Shown: positions 48,020-57,353, counted from the stretch's first letter. The stretch: DNA of 64,000 nt from Candidatus Micrarchaeota archaeon (GCA_964625085.1 CAZVAJ010000001.1:1-64000), one strand, 5' to 3'. The notes: generated from the letters alone by a model not told the origin. Numbers and translations: made by a program.

Positions 48020-48366
48020 TACTGCTGGACACAAACTTTGTAATGGTGCCAGCACAACTCAAAATAGACGTGTTTGAGGAACTCAGAAAAACCTTTCCGA
48101 ACAAAGAACTGGCAACCATACGCCCTGTAGTAAACGAACTTAAGAAAATACCCAACGGCAGAATAGGGCTTGCGCTAATAAAAGCCCAAGGAATAAGGAT
48201 AATAGAAGCAACAGGATATGCTGACAATGCCCTGCTGAAAAAAGCAGAAGAACTGCACGGCATTGTCGCCACAAACGACACCAAACTGAAAATAGAATGT
48301 CTTAAAAAAAACATTCCCGTGATAATAATTAAAGGAATGAAAAGAGTTGAACTGGTGGTGGAATGA
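48016..48366 (+). CDS. PIN-domain protein (Fcf1/Utp24-like)
   Basis: ILLDTNF, VATND; conserved position after eif2g. Confidence 0.88.
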   Translation: MILLDTNFVMVPAQLKIDVFEELRKTFPNKELATIRPVVNELKKIPNGRIGLALIKAQGIRIIEATGYADNALLKKAEELHGIVATNDTKLKIECLKKNIPVIIIKGMKRVELVVE

Positions 48367-48896
48367 ACCTTTACAAAGACATAGAAGCAGGAAAAAGACC
48401 TCCAAAGAGCATAAACGTTGTGGTAGAAATACCACAAGGAAGCAGAAACAAGTACGAATACGACCCCAGCGGGTTCTTCAGGCTTGACAGGACTCTCCAC
48501 TCCCCTGTGGTGTACGACTTTGAATACGGGTTCATACCAAGAACAAAATCCAGAGACGGAGACTCCCTAGACGTTATACTGCTGATAACAAAACCTACAT
48601 TCCCAGGATGTGTAGTTGAAGCCCGGCCAATAGGTCTTCTGGAAATGCAGGACGAAAAAGGAGTAGATGAAAAAATCCTTGCAGTGCCCAAAAAAGAAGT
48701 CGAACCGAGGTACGTTGAAGTAAAAAACTACTCTGACCTGCCTAAACACGAGCTTGAAGAAATAAAATTGTTCATGGAAGACTATAAAAAACTTGAAACA
48801 GGAAAATGGGTGAAAACAAAAGGCTGGAGAAACAGAGAAAAAGCCGAAAAGATCATAGTCGATGCGATAAAAAGATACAATAGAGAGGTGAACTGA
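48363..48896 (+). CDS. ppa: Inorganic pyrophosphatase (family I)
   Basis: EIPQGSRNKYE, YGFIPRT, DGDSLD. Confidence 0.96.
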   Translation: MNLYKDIEAGKRPPKSINVVVEIPQGSRNKYEYDPSGFFRLDRTLHSPVVYDFEYGFIPRTKSRDGDSLDVILLITKPTFPGCVVEARPIGLLEMQDEKGVDEKILAVPKKEVEPRYVEVKNYSDLPKHELEEIKLFMEDYKKLETGKWVKTKGWRNREKAEKIIVDAIKRYNREVN

Positions 48897-49454
48897 TTGT
48901 ACAAACTTGTCACAATACAGGATGTTGTGAGGATCCCTCCCCAAATGTTCTCGGAAGATCTTGAAAAGTCCGTTGCAAAAGTCCTGAGAGAAACGTACGA
49001 AGGAAAAATAGATCCGGACACGGGAGTGATCATAAGCACGATAAACCCGAGAGACGTGAGTGATGGAAAAATAATCCCCGGGGACAGTGCAACATATCAC
49101 ACAGTCGTGTTCGATGCGCTGGTGTACAAACCTGAAGTGCAAGAAGTGGTAAGAGGGATAGTGGTTGACATAGCTGAATTCGGTGCTTTCGTGAGGTCCG
49201 GGCCTTTTGATGGTCTTGTGCACGCGAGCCAGGTTACTGACGACTTCATGTCCGTAAACGAAAAAACAGGCGTGTTAACCGGAAAACAGACAAAGCGAAC
49301 GCTGAAAAAAGATGACATAGTCTACGCAAGAATCACCTCAATATCCTACAAGGACAATGTCACTGAAACAAAAATAAACATGACCATGAGACAACCCGGG
49401 CTCGGGAAAACAGAATGGTGGAAAAAGAAAAAAACTAGCAAAAAGAAGGGATGA
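48897..49454 (+). CDS. rpoE1: RNA polymerase subunit Rpo7 (E')
   Basis: VRIPP, FGAFV, DGLVH.SQ, TMRQPGLGK.EW. Confidence 0.96.
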   Translation: MYKLVTIQDVVRIPPQMFSEDLEKSVAKVLRETYEGKIDPDTGVIISTINPRDVSDGKIIPGDSATYHTVVFDALVYKPEVQEVVRGIVVDIAEFGAFVRSGPFDGLVHASQVTDDFMSVNEKTGVLTGKQTKRTLKKDDIVYARITSISYKDNVTETKINMTMRQPGLGKTEWWKKKKTSKKKG

Positions 49455-49651
49455 AAATGGCTGAAAAGCTAAAAGCATGCAAGACCTGCAGGCGTATTGT
49501 GGAAGGAGACGTATGCCCAGTCTGCAAGGATTCAGAACTGACCCCAAACTGGAAGGGGTTCATAATAGTCATAAACCCAGAAAAATCAAGTATTGCTAAG
49601 GCATTAGAGATAACCATGCCTGGCAAGTACGCTATAAGACTAGGCAAGTAG
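49451..49651 (+). CDS. spt4: Transcription elongation factor Spt4
   Basis: ACKTC, CPVC, W.G, PGKYA. Confidence 0.95.
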   Translation: MKMAEKLKACKTCRRIVEGDVCPVCKDSELTPNWKGFIIVINPEKSSIAKALEITMPGKYAIRLGK

Positions 49652-49660
49652 GTGATCTAA

Positions 49661-49936
49661 ATGGAACTAAAAAAGATCAAGGAAGAGGAGAATCCTCTTT
49701 TGAACAGAAAAAGAATAGTATACGAATCCTCTGGAAAAACCCCAAAAAGAGAGGACGTGCTTGAAAAGATTTCTGCGCTGACAGGAAAAGAGAAAGACGC
49801 AATAAGCATTAAAAGCATAACACAAGCCTACGGATCAAGCACATCCGTAATAGAAGCAAACGTGTACGAAAGTGTTGAGGACAGAAAGAAGTACGAGCCT
49901 ATAAAGGAGGGAAAGACTGATGAAACTAAAAAATGA
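49661..49936 (+). CDS. rps24e: 30S ribosomal protein S24e
   Basis: [12 protein letters not shown]; synteny. Confidence 0.9.
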   Translation: MELKKIKEEENPLLNRKRIVYESSGKTPKREDVLEKISALTGKEKDAISIKSITQAYGSSTSVIEANVYESVEDRKKYEPIKEGKTDETKK

Positions 49937-50072
49937 AGCGTACAAAGTAGAAGGAGCCAAGCTCGAAAGGGTTAAGACCGCATGCCCAAAGTGCGGGGAA
50001 GGCGTTTTTTTAGCAGACCATAAGGACAGGCAGCACTGCGGAAAATGCGGGTACACCAGGTGGAAGAAGTAG
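49920..50072 (+). CDS. rps27ae: 30S ribosomal protein S27ae (50 aa, not in ORF track)
   Basis: Manual translation ...[25 protein letters not shown]. Confidence 0.95.
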   Translation: MKLKNEAYKVEGAKLERVKTACPKCGEGVFLADHKDRQHCGKCGYTRWKK

Positions 50073-50073
50073 C

Positions 50074-50595
50074 ATGTGGTTTAGCTTTTCTGTTTATACC
50101 CTGTTATTGCTACTCACGTACTACAGTGTCGGCTCAAAGAATTTTTTGAAAAAAGTAGGATTCAAGAAAATCCGCTTCGTGCAGGACTCTGCACACGCGT
50201 TATGCCTCGCGTTTGCCATGGTGCTCGTGAGCATAGCTATCTCTATTTCTTTTGTTTACATTGGCATGGGAGAAGATACTGCCAAAGTAACACAGACCAT
50301 AATGTCAGCCCAGTTATGGCAGGTGCTCATCATCCTGATAATCGGGCCGATTATTGAAGAAATATTCTTCAGAGGATACCTGCAGAAAAAGACAAACCTG
50401 ATCACGGCCTCTGCTGCATTCTCCTACTTTCACGTACTGTACGGATCAGTTTCTGAGCTTGCTGGAGCATTTATACTTGGATTAATGCTTGGAAAAGCGT
50501 TTGAAAACACTAAGAACTTGTACATACCTGTACTATCCCACTACCTGTACAATTTCACTGTACTTGCAATAGCCCTTGCTGCACAGGCCTCATGA
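50074..50595 (+). CDS. CPBP / CAAX-protease-like intramembrane metalloprotease
   Basis: EEIFFRG, FSYFH, HYLYN motifs; multiple TM segments. Confidence 0.9.
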   Translation: MWFSFSVYTLLLLLTYYSVGSKNFLKKVGFKKIRFVQDSAHALCLAFAMVLVSIAISISFVYIGMGEDTAKVTQTIMSAQLWQVLIILIIGPIIEEIFFRGYLQKKTNLITASAAFSYFHVLYGSVSELAGAFILGLMLGKAFENTKNLYIPVLSHYLYNFTVLAIALAAQAS

Positions 50596-51554
50596 TGATC
50601 TATCTTGGCATTGAGTCCACAGCACACACCTTCGGAATAGGGGTCGTGGACGGAGAAAGGATAATTGCCAACGAGAAGGACTCTTACAAACCAGAAAAGG
50701 GAGGAATAGTCCCAGCAGAAGCGGCAGAGCACCACAGAAAGCATGCTCTGCCAATACTAGAGAGGGCCCTTGAAAAGGCAGGTATTACTGCTAGAGAAAT
50801 CGATGTTGTAAGCTATGCTGCTGGACCAGGCCTTCCACCCTGTCTGATTGAAGGCAAAAAACTTGCAGAAAAAGTGGCGGAAAACAAGCCAGTGATAGGA
50901 GTAAACCACTGCATTGCACACATAGAGATAGGGAAAAAAGACTCAGGATTCAAAGACCCCTTAACCTTGTACGTGTCCGGAGGAAACACTCAGGTCATAG
51001 CATTGAATGAAGGAAGGTACAGGATATTCGGAGAAACACTGGACATAGGCATAGGCAACGCGTTGGACAAACTCGCTAGAGAGATGGGGCTCAAGATGCC
51101 GGGAGGCCCAAAGATTGAAAAACTGGCAGAAAAGAGCGAAAAGTATATACCCTTACCGTACACTGTCAAAGGAATGGACTTTGCTTTTTCAGGACTTCTC
51201 ACCGCGGCCAAGAATAGCCTGAACAATTCCAGAAAGGAAGACATCGCCTTTTCTTTCCAGGAAACTGCTTTTGCAATGCTGGCTGAAGTCAGCGAACGCG
51301 CACTGGCCCATACTCAAAAAAAAGAGGTTATTCTAACAGGAGGAGTTGCGGCCAATAAAAGACTTGCTGAAATAATAAAAGGGATGGCAGAAGAGCATAA
51401 CGCAGAATTCACAGTACCCAGACAAGAATACTGCGGAGATAATGGGGCAATGATCGCATGGCTTGGCAAGATAGTGTATGAATCAAAAACAGAAGCAGCT
51501 ACTGACGTAAAACCCAAGTGGAGAACAGACCAGGTTAAGGTTACTTGGGAATGA
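50592..51554 (+). CDS. kae1: KEOPS subunit Kae1 (t6A synthesis)
   Basis: GIESTAHT, NHCIAHIE, VSGGNTQ, DNGAMIA. Confidence 0.97.
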   Translation: MMIYLGIESTAHTFGIGVVDGERIIANEKDSYKPEKGGIVPAEAAEHHRKHALPILERALEKAGITAREIDVVSYAAGPGLPPCLIEGKKLAEKVAENKPVIGVNHCIAHIEIGKKDSGFKDPLTLYVSGGNTQVIALNEGRYRIFGETLDIGIGNALDKLAREMGLKMPGGPKIEKLAEKSEKYIPLPYTVKGMDFAFSGLLTAAKNSLNNSRKEDIAFSFQETAFAMLAEVSERALAHTQKKEVILTGGVAANKRLAEIIKGMAEEHNAEFTVPRQEYCGDNGAMIAWLGKIVYESKTEAATDVKPKWRTDQVKVTWE

Positions 51555-52548
51555 TTTTTGTTGACTGTCCTCTAAATCCTTTGCCTGTTCGTTCTGTCTT
51601 GAGAAGGCCTTTTTCTTCAAGGGCTTTTATCTTCCGTTCAAAAGTCCTCTGACTTTTTTTGCCCCCTAAGGACAAGTACTTCTCGTAAACGCTTCCTGCA
51701 AGACCCCCTTCTTCTGGCACTGCTTTTAGTATGAGTTTCTCGTCCTCGTCCAATGCAGGCGTGCTCGGGCTCAGCAGTCTGGAAGCCGCGTTCTCAACAT
51801 GCTTTTTCAGGACCTTAATACTAGCGTCTTTCTCTGCTTCAAGCCCTGCTTCCCTAAGCAGGATAATGCCTGTCCGGACATCCCTATCTTCATACGCTTT
51901 CTTGACCACAAGCATGAAAGCATCTTCTGACCATGTGCCGTCATAGAACGCGTAGTCTCGTCTCAGTTTCAGAACATCCTGCATCTCCTCAAGAGAGTAA
52001 GGTTTAAACAGTATTGTTTCGGGAATGATTCTTGACCTTATCCTCGGGTCTACCTGAACAAACCAATCAGGATCATTGGTTATCATCACAAGAACAAGGT
52101 TCTTTACTTCCTCTGCAAGATAGTACAAGTAATCAGCATCCTGGGACTTGTCCACCTCATCAAGGGCAAGCACAAGGCCCCTGTCGCCAACAATCCTGGA
52201 TATCTTGGAAAGCACCTCATCAGTGCCAAGATTGTGTGTGAACTGGTAGCCGAGCTGATGACAAGCTTCTGAAAGGATCTTAAAACTAGAGTTCTTCTTC
52301 CAACAGTTAACGAAAACAACCAGAACATCATGCTCTTCTTTAAGGTCAGCGAGCATTCTTTTCACTGTAGCAGTTTTTCCGATTCCTGCTTTTCCAGTAA
52401 CAAGAGCATGCCTCCCCCGGTAGCCTTCCAGCATTGGTTTTATGCAGGCTGCTATCGCCTCTTGCTGAGCTTCCCTGTGTGGAAGCATTTTGGGAACGAA
52501 TTCAGGGTCAAGGGAGTCTATGAAAGAGAAGAGGGACTCCCCCTCCAT
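51541..52548 (-). CDS. cdc6: Cdc6/Orc1-family AAA+ ATPase (short)
   Basis: LPHRE, GKAGIGKT, LDEVD, RIRSR, FKPY, C-terminal wH-like GFRG. Confidence 0.9.
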   Translation of the reverse strand: MEGESLFSFIDSLDPEFVPKMLPHREAQQEAIAACIKPMLEGYRGRHALVTGKAGIGKTATVKRMLADLKEEHDVLVVFVNCWKKNSSFKILSEACHQLGYQFTHNLGTDEVLSKISRIVGDRGLVLALDEVDKSQDADYLYYLAEEVKNLVLVMITNDPDWFVQVDPRIRSRIIPETILFKPYSLEEMQDVLKLRRDYAFYDGTWSEDAFMLVVKKAYEDRDVRTGIILLREAGLEAEKDASIKVLKKHVENAASRLLSPSTPALDEDEKLILKAVPEEGGLAGSVYEKYLSLGGKKSQRTFERKIKALEEKGLLKTERTGKGFRGQSTKIIPK

Positions 52549-52611
52549 CAGCAAACGCATACAGTTTATTCCTCAAACAAAGTATTTATTAATGAACTTC
52601 CTTATGAGATC

Positions 52612-52812
52612 ATGACAAAAAAGAAAACCATAATAAAAAAACCCGGCTCTCCTGTGGTAAGCGAGCTTGCGTTGGAAGACAAGCTTCTCCTGAAGAGCAC
52701 TCTAGACACGAACGAAGACGAAATAGAGGGCATGTTGGAAAAACTGGAAAACGACCTGACCACAAAAAAGCTGAATGAAGAATTGAAAGAAGCTAAAAAG
52801 AAACGCGGCTAG
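52612..52812 (+). CDS. Small charged hypothetical protein (66 aa)
   Basis: ATG about 25 nt after a TATA-like TTTATTAA; A-rich codon usage like genuine genes. Confidence 0.55.
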   Translation: MTKKKTIIKKPGSPVVSELALEDKLLLKSTLDTNEDEIEGMLEKLENDLTTKKLNEELKEAKKKRG

Positions 52813-53224
52813 CTGCAGACCATAACACAAAAACAAGGAAAGCGCTTGCCATCCATAGTACAAAGTGTGCTGGAAACCAAGAAGGGCTGATCAAGGTCAC
52901 GGCCACTCTGAAAAAGTTCGCTGCGAATAGCACAGGAATCCCGATAGCCATCAGGCTTATTCTTCTTTTTCTGTTAAGATAAGGGTCTGCTACTGCAAGT
53001 GCAGAAAGCAAGCTTATTGAGTCAATGCCAGTGCATGCTGGAATTATTACAGCCTCTGGAAATCCGTTAACGTAAACCACTGCACCCGAACTGCCTGCGT
53101 CCACCCCAAGCAATCCAAGTACTGATGCTGAACCTGACGCAGTAAGTTCCAGAAGCCCTGGAAGTGGAATTGAATGCAGGAGAATAAAAAGAACAACGAA
53201 AACTGAAAAAAAGACTGCTAGCAT
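52793..53224 (-). CDS. Archaeosortase/exosortase-family protein
   Basis: IIPACTG (Cys), NFFRV (Arg), AHF (His) triad; TM segments. Confidence 0.85.
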   Translation of the reverse strand: MLAVFFSVFVVLFILLHSIPLPGLLELTASGSASVLGLLGVDAGSSGAVVYVNGFPEAVIIPACTGIDSISLLSALAVADPYLNRKRRISLMAIGIPVLFAANFFRVAVTLISPSWFPAHFVLWMASAFLVFVLWSAASRVSF

Positions 53225-53225
53225 C

Positions 53226-53747
53226 TTACCATGGTACACTTTTAAGCCCAAGTAACCACCCTATTAGATTAAGCGAAAGATGTGCTGCGATCGTCAGGAA
53301 CGTGATGAACAAGATTTCTGCCAGCCCAGGCAGATAGAACGGAGACAAAAACAAAAGCGCTCCTATAACAAAATCAAGCTGGTCTGCCGGGAACCACATT
53401 TCCCCTCTTTTAAATCCTCTTCTCCTTTTCACAAAACTTTCAACAGCATCCCCTGCCAACGCACCGGTTGCCGCGAGAAATGCCAGGAATAACGGGTATC
53501 CTGAGATAAACTGTTGTATCCCAAGCCCTGTCAAAACACCTAACAAAACGCCTACTAGAATACCTTCAAATGTTTTACCGTCTCCCAGCACTCTTTCGCC
53601 ATCGCCAAGTTTTTTACCCCTGTCAAGAGGATGCCACTTCCACCTGAGAATACCTGAAAAGAATGCGGGAGAGAAGTTAGCAGAGTACGCTGGGAAGATT
53701 ACCACAAGTATTATTATCAGGGGGTGTAAGCTCATAAGATCGAGCAT
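53226..53747 (-). CDS. carS: CDP-archaeol synthase (DUF46)
   Basis: PAYSAN, PLD.G, LGDGKT.EG, GD..ESF.KRR, DQLDF, LKSVPW. Confidence 0.92.
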   Translation of the reverse strand: MLDLMSLHPLIIILVVIFPAYSANFSPAFFSGILRWKWHPLDRGKKLGDGERVLGDGKTFEGILVGVLLGVLTGLGIQQFISGYPLFLAFLAATGALAGDAVESFVKRRRGFKRGEMWFPADQLDFVIGALLFLSPFYLPGLAEILFITFLTIAAHLSLNLIGWLLGLKSVPW

Positions 53748-54403
53748 AGCATCATCCCCACTACAGCTCCTGAGGTGGTTGCAACAAGGTTTGTTGAACT
53801 GTTTCCAACAATCCCCCTGTTTTCAACAAGCGCGCCAAAAACGGAGTCTGCAAAGCATCCTGCAAGACCTGCTAACACAATAGGAACCATGCTCACCCCA
53901 AAAAACATCCAACTCACTCCTGAAAAAACAATAGCAGCAACAGCACCCGAAATAGTTCCAAGCAGGCTTATTCCGCCATTAGTGCCTGGCGGAACCGTTT
54001 TAAGGCTGGTTATCATCACAGGCTCCTTCTTGGACAAAACACCGATTTCTGAAGAAATTGTGTCTGTCACTGCTGCTGAAAGCGCACCCAAAAACCCGTA
54101 CAATCCTGCCGGGCCTCCGAGTAAAGCCATGAGGGCTGCAACTCCTCCATTGGCAATAACGTGCTTAGACTTTCTTCTTTTTTGATGTAACTTCTTCAGT
54201 GCTTTTAACCTGTGCTTGTACTTGGTGGCTGACTCCCCTATTAAAAAGAATAGTAAGAGCATGTAAAACCATTCTATTCCCTGGCTTAGTACCAGAATGT
54301 ATCCTAACAGAACCCCTGAAACAACTCCCTCCGCGCTTAAGGAGCCTCCGGCCATGGCAAGCAGGCCTATGGCAAGAGGGAGTAGGATCGCGGACAATTC
54401 CAT
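53732..54403 (-). CDS. DUF92 (TMEM19/VTE6-like) membrane protein
   Basis: V.ANGG, DTISSEIG, VPPGTNGGISLLG, DSVFGA. Confidence 0.9.
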   Translation of the reverse strand: MELSAILLPLAIGLLAMAGGSLSAEGVVSGVLLGYILVLSQGIEWFYMLLLFFLIGESATKYKHRLKALKKLHQKRRKSKHVIANGGVAALMALLGGPAGLYGFLGALSAAVTDTISSEIGVLSKKEPVMITSLKTVPPGTNGGISLLGTISGAVAAIVFSGVSWMFFGVSMVPIVLAGLAGCFADSVFGALVENRGIVGNSSTNLVATTSGAVVGMMLCSIL

Positions 54404-54413
54404 GATAAACTCC

Positions 54414-55040
54414 TTAAACTTCTACCTTGCTCACTATCGCCATCTTAACAGGGCAGAATACCTTTGCCTTTTTCTTCATTTCCGCGCCCAGTTCTCCGAA
54501 AGCTGCTTTCTTTACGAGGTCAGAGAGGGACACTCCCTTCGCGGTTTCCTCCAGCGTTTCTTCCATCACCTTGCGGATCACGTCTTTTCGCTCGGTGTTT
54601 ATACGCCCTAGAGTAAAGAGGTGTGCAGTAACTTGGGCCTTCTTCTTGTCCTTTGTCTTGACATAGTGTATTGCAGTCACCATGCTGCGACCTCTGCGGA
54701 CATTCCTTCTAAAGTGTTCTCTGACCATCTCGAACCCGTTGGTTTCTGTGTAAGCGGTGGTGCCTTTTACCTCGTTTACTTTGAAGTGCATTGTTATTGA
54801 CTGGTGAGAAATGTTTCCAGTTATCTCCCTAAGAGGTACTTTTATAACACGCCCAATAACAAGCTCTGGCTTTATTGCAGGGGTGTTCCCTACTTCCTTT
54901 GACTCAAAGTCTTTTGGGGAAACAACGGTATACCATGACTTCTTTTTCCAGGTATCAGTAGTCTTTCTCTTCTTTTTCTTTGAAGTTTTCTTAACCGCTG
55001 TTTTCTTAACCTTCTTCTTGCTATCTGCCATGATCATCAC
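54414..55040 (-). CDS. rps3ae: 30S ribosomal protein S3ae
   Basis: DTWKKKSWY.V.SP, IGRV, VRRGRS; start may be a few codons downstream. Confidence 0.93.
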   Translation of the reverse strand: MMIMADSKKKVKKTAVKKTSKKKKRKTTDTWKKKSWYTVVSPKDFESKEVGNTPAIKPELVIGRVIKVPLREITGNISHQSITMHFKVNEVKGTTAYTETNGFEMVREHFRRNVRRGRSMVTAIHYVKTKDKKKAQVTAHLFTLGRINTERKDVIRKVMEETLEETAKGVSLSDLVKKAAFGELGAEMKKKAKVFCPVKMAIVSKVEV

Positions 55041-55498
55041 CTTTCCTTAACAATAAGCGCGGCCTTCTCAGGCGTGTACCTCCATCCCTCCGGAAGTACC
55101 CCTGTACCCCGGTAGTACTTAACGAGCCTTTTTATTTTAGACTCTGTGAGGGTTAATGCGCGCGTGTTATGAATATCCTTCTTATGGACAGTGAGGTGCT
55201 TTCTAAGCCGTACTGCCCTTCTCATTAGGTTCATTAGGTCTTCAGGATACTCTGGCAGGAGCTTGTTCTCGGCAAGAACTTCTTTCACTGATTTCCCGAG
55301 AACTGCTTTTACGCTTGGAACACCGTACTGATCTCTCAGCACTATTCCTATTTCGCTCTGTGTCTTGTCCTGCCGGGCAAGATCGCATATCTTTTTTTCA
55401 ACATCCTTTTTAGAGAGCTCTACCCATTTTGGGCTTATTCTAACAGGAGGGTGAACAGATCCACTGCGCCCCTTTTTCCTAGCATGCATCCTAGACAT
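55037..55498 (-). CDS. rps15: 30S ribosomal protein uS15
   Basis: MSRMHARKKG.SGS, LRDQYG, ESKIKRLVKYY. Confidence 0.97.
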   Translation of the reverse strand: MSRMHARKKGRSGSVHPPVRISPKWVELSKKDVEKKICDLARQDKTQSEIGIVLRDQYGVPSVKAVLGKSVKEVLAENKLLPEYPEDLMNLMRRAVRLRKHLTVHKKDIHNTRALTLTESKIKRLVKYYRGTGVLPEGWRYTPEKAALIVKER

Positions 55499-55624
55499 AT
55501 TCTATCACCTTGTCCTGCGTCAGGCTCTCGGGTGTTTGGGCCGAGACCTCAATGCAGGTGTTAATGCTAAAAGAGCATCAAACACTCCACTTATTTTCAA
55601 GCAGGTTGGTTTAAAAATGTTTTG

Positions 55625-56215
55625 TTACACGTACCTGGCCCTTGATTCCACATCTTTAATCTTCTCACTAACTTTTTTGTCCGCGTACCCTCTCAGAACA
55701 TCCTGCCAAACTTTCTTGAAAACAGGAGGATGAGTGGAGGAGAGTGTTTTCTTAAAAACAAGAAGGTCAGTGGCCTTGTCCTCATCTTTCTGGCTCTTGA
55801 AAGCAAGTCCAAAGTCAATAAAGTAGATCTTTCTTTTCATAAGGATCATGTTAGAAGTGGTTAAGTCCCCGTGTATTATTCCCAAATCATGCAAGCGCCT
55901 TATACTTCTTCCAATATCCTCCGAAAGTTCAAGGCCCTTATTCTCGTGGAAAAGATCTCTTACCTTCTGCCCCTGAACAAACTCCATCAAAAAAGAACAT
56001 GAAACGGGGTCAACTGAAAGAACATGAGGGGTGTGTACCGCCCTTCTTGCTTCCGAAAGCATTAAACATTCTCTTCGCATGCGCGAGTACCTTATTCTTG
56101 CGTCAAGTTCAGGGTGAATGAACCGTTTCGGAAACCGTCTTTTCTTCACAGCACTTATTCCAAGGTACTCTGTTCTTTCTAGTTCTGCTTCAGCGCCCTT
56201 GTATAAAATGCTCAT
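55625..56215 (-). CDS. bud32: KEOPS kinase Bud32
   Basis: GAEA, HGDLTTSN, IDFGL, C-terminal RARY. Confidence 0.95.
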   Translation of the reverse strand: MSILYKGAEAELERTEYLGISAVKKRRFPKRFIHPELDARIRYSRMRRECLMLSEARRAVHTPHVLSVDPVSCSFLMEFVQGQKVRDLFHENKGLELSEDIGRSIRRLHDLGIIHGDLTTSNMILMKRKIYFIDFGLAFKSQKDEDKATDLLVFKKTLSSTHPPVFKKVWQDVLRGYADKKVSEKIKDVESRARYV

Positions 56216-56265
56216 AAGAGGATTCGGGCGGAGGAATTATAAAATAGTTTTGAGGAAATAATAAC

Positions 56266-56928
56266 ATGAAGTATAAAGAGTATGTTAGAATATACCGAAC
56301 AGTGTCAGAAGAGAATGTTGGAAATGACCCTCTGCTGGCCAACATTCTTGAAAAGAAGGTAGTGCGTGATGTTAAAAGAAGGTATCATGTGCTCTTGAAG
56401 AACGGCCTTGCTAAGGAATGGGTGGAAGGGAGTACTGTTCGAGAACTTGCGGAGAAATACGAGTTCCCACCATTTCTACTTTCAAAAATGATCAAAAAAC
56501 AGGTCGGAATAAACAAAAGGCTGCTGCGCGAAATGACCGAAGCAGAAAAACAGGACAGGTTCTATTCAAAGCGTGCAGCGGAACAGGCTGCTGAAAATGG
56601 GAAGGAAGTGGAAAAGGAGGTTGCAAGATGGCTTTCGGAAAGGGGCGCACAGTTTCTCAGAGGAGACTTCATAGAAGGGCCCCTACATCCTGACATACTT
56701 TTCCAGCCACCATTTGAGATAAACGGAAAAAAGATTAACTGGATAGAATGCAAGTACTACTTTGGCTCAAAACAGGATATGGAAAAGCACTGGAAAGGTC
56801 AACTAAAAAAGTACAAGAAGGCATTTGGCCCAGGGGCGATAGTGTACTGGCTTGGTTTTGTCGAAGACAAGGTACCGGACGATGAGCATCTCGTCCTTTC
56901 AGCGGACCTTTTTACACAGAATAATTGA
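56266..56928 (+). CDS. CDIN1/C15orf41-like PD-(D/E)xK-fold protein
   Basis: PDILF...INWIECK..FG, Q..KY...FGPGAIVYW.GF. Confidence 0.75.
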   Translation: MKYKEYVRIYRTVSEENVGNDPLLANILEKKVVRDVKRRYHVLLKNGLAKEWVEGSTVRELAEKYEFPPFLLSKMIKKQVGINKRLLREMTEAEKQDRFYSKRAAEQAAENGKEVEKEVARWLSERGAQFLRGDFIEGPLHPDILFQPPFEINGKKINWIECKYYFGSKQDMEKHWKGQLKKYKKAFGPGAIVYWLGFVEDKVPDDEHLVLSADLFTQNN

Positions 56929-57325
56929 GCACGTTCACCGCAACGTTATACAACACATTCTTTCCAGGTTCTGGGCATATCCCTGTAATGTTTGTGAGTC
57001 TGCTGTTCTGCTGGCCTTTTTCGATCGTCCCAATAACCTCTGTCTTTTTGTTGATAACCTGGCCAGTCGCAGAATCTGCCACAATGAGGGCAACATAGAC
57101 ATCATGAGCTGTGTCGCCATCATTTGCAATTGTCCACTGGACTCTTAAAGTGCATGCGTCAGGATCATACGCAGGAGGAGGGTTCTGGTCAACCCACGCA
57201 GTAATTTTAGGAGAGGGTTTTGGAGTGATAGATTCCATGATCTGCCCACTGTAGGGGATAATAAGAAAAGCTGCCACGAACAGTACAACAATCAAAGAGA
57301 TGATGACCACAAACCGCATAAGCAT
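56912..57325 (-). CDS. Membrane-anchored exported protein with beta-sandwich-like domain
   Basis: N-terminal TM, I.NDG..A.DV.V pattern, two Cys. Confidence 0.7.
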   Translation of the reverse strand: MLMRFVVIISLIVVLFVAAFLIIPYSGQIMESITPKPSPKITAWVDQNPPPAYDPDACTLRVQWTIANDGDTAHDVYVALIVADSATGQVINKKTEVIGTIEKGQQNSRLTNITGICPEPGKNVLYNVAVNVLNYSV

Positions 57326-57353
57326 ACTAACTGATTGGGGGTATAAAAATATT

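Noticed and set aside
52549..52611. Replication origin next to cdc6
   Set aside because: Very short intergenic region with no ORB or mini-ORB repeats; the composition switch is explained by gene orientation.
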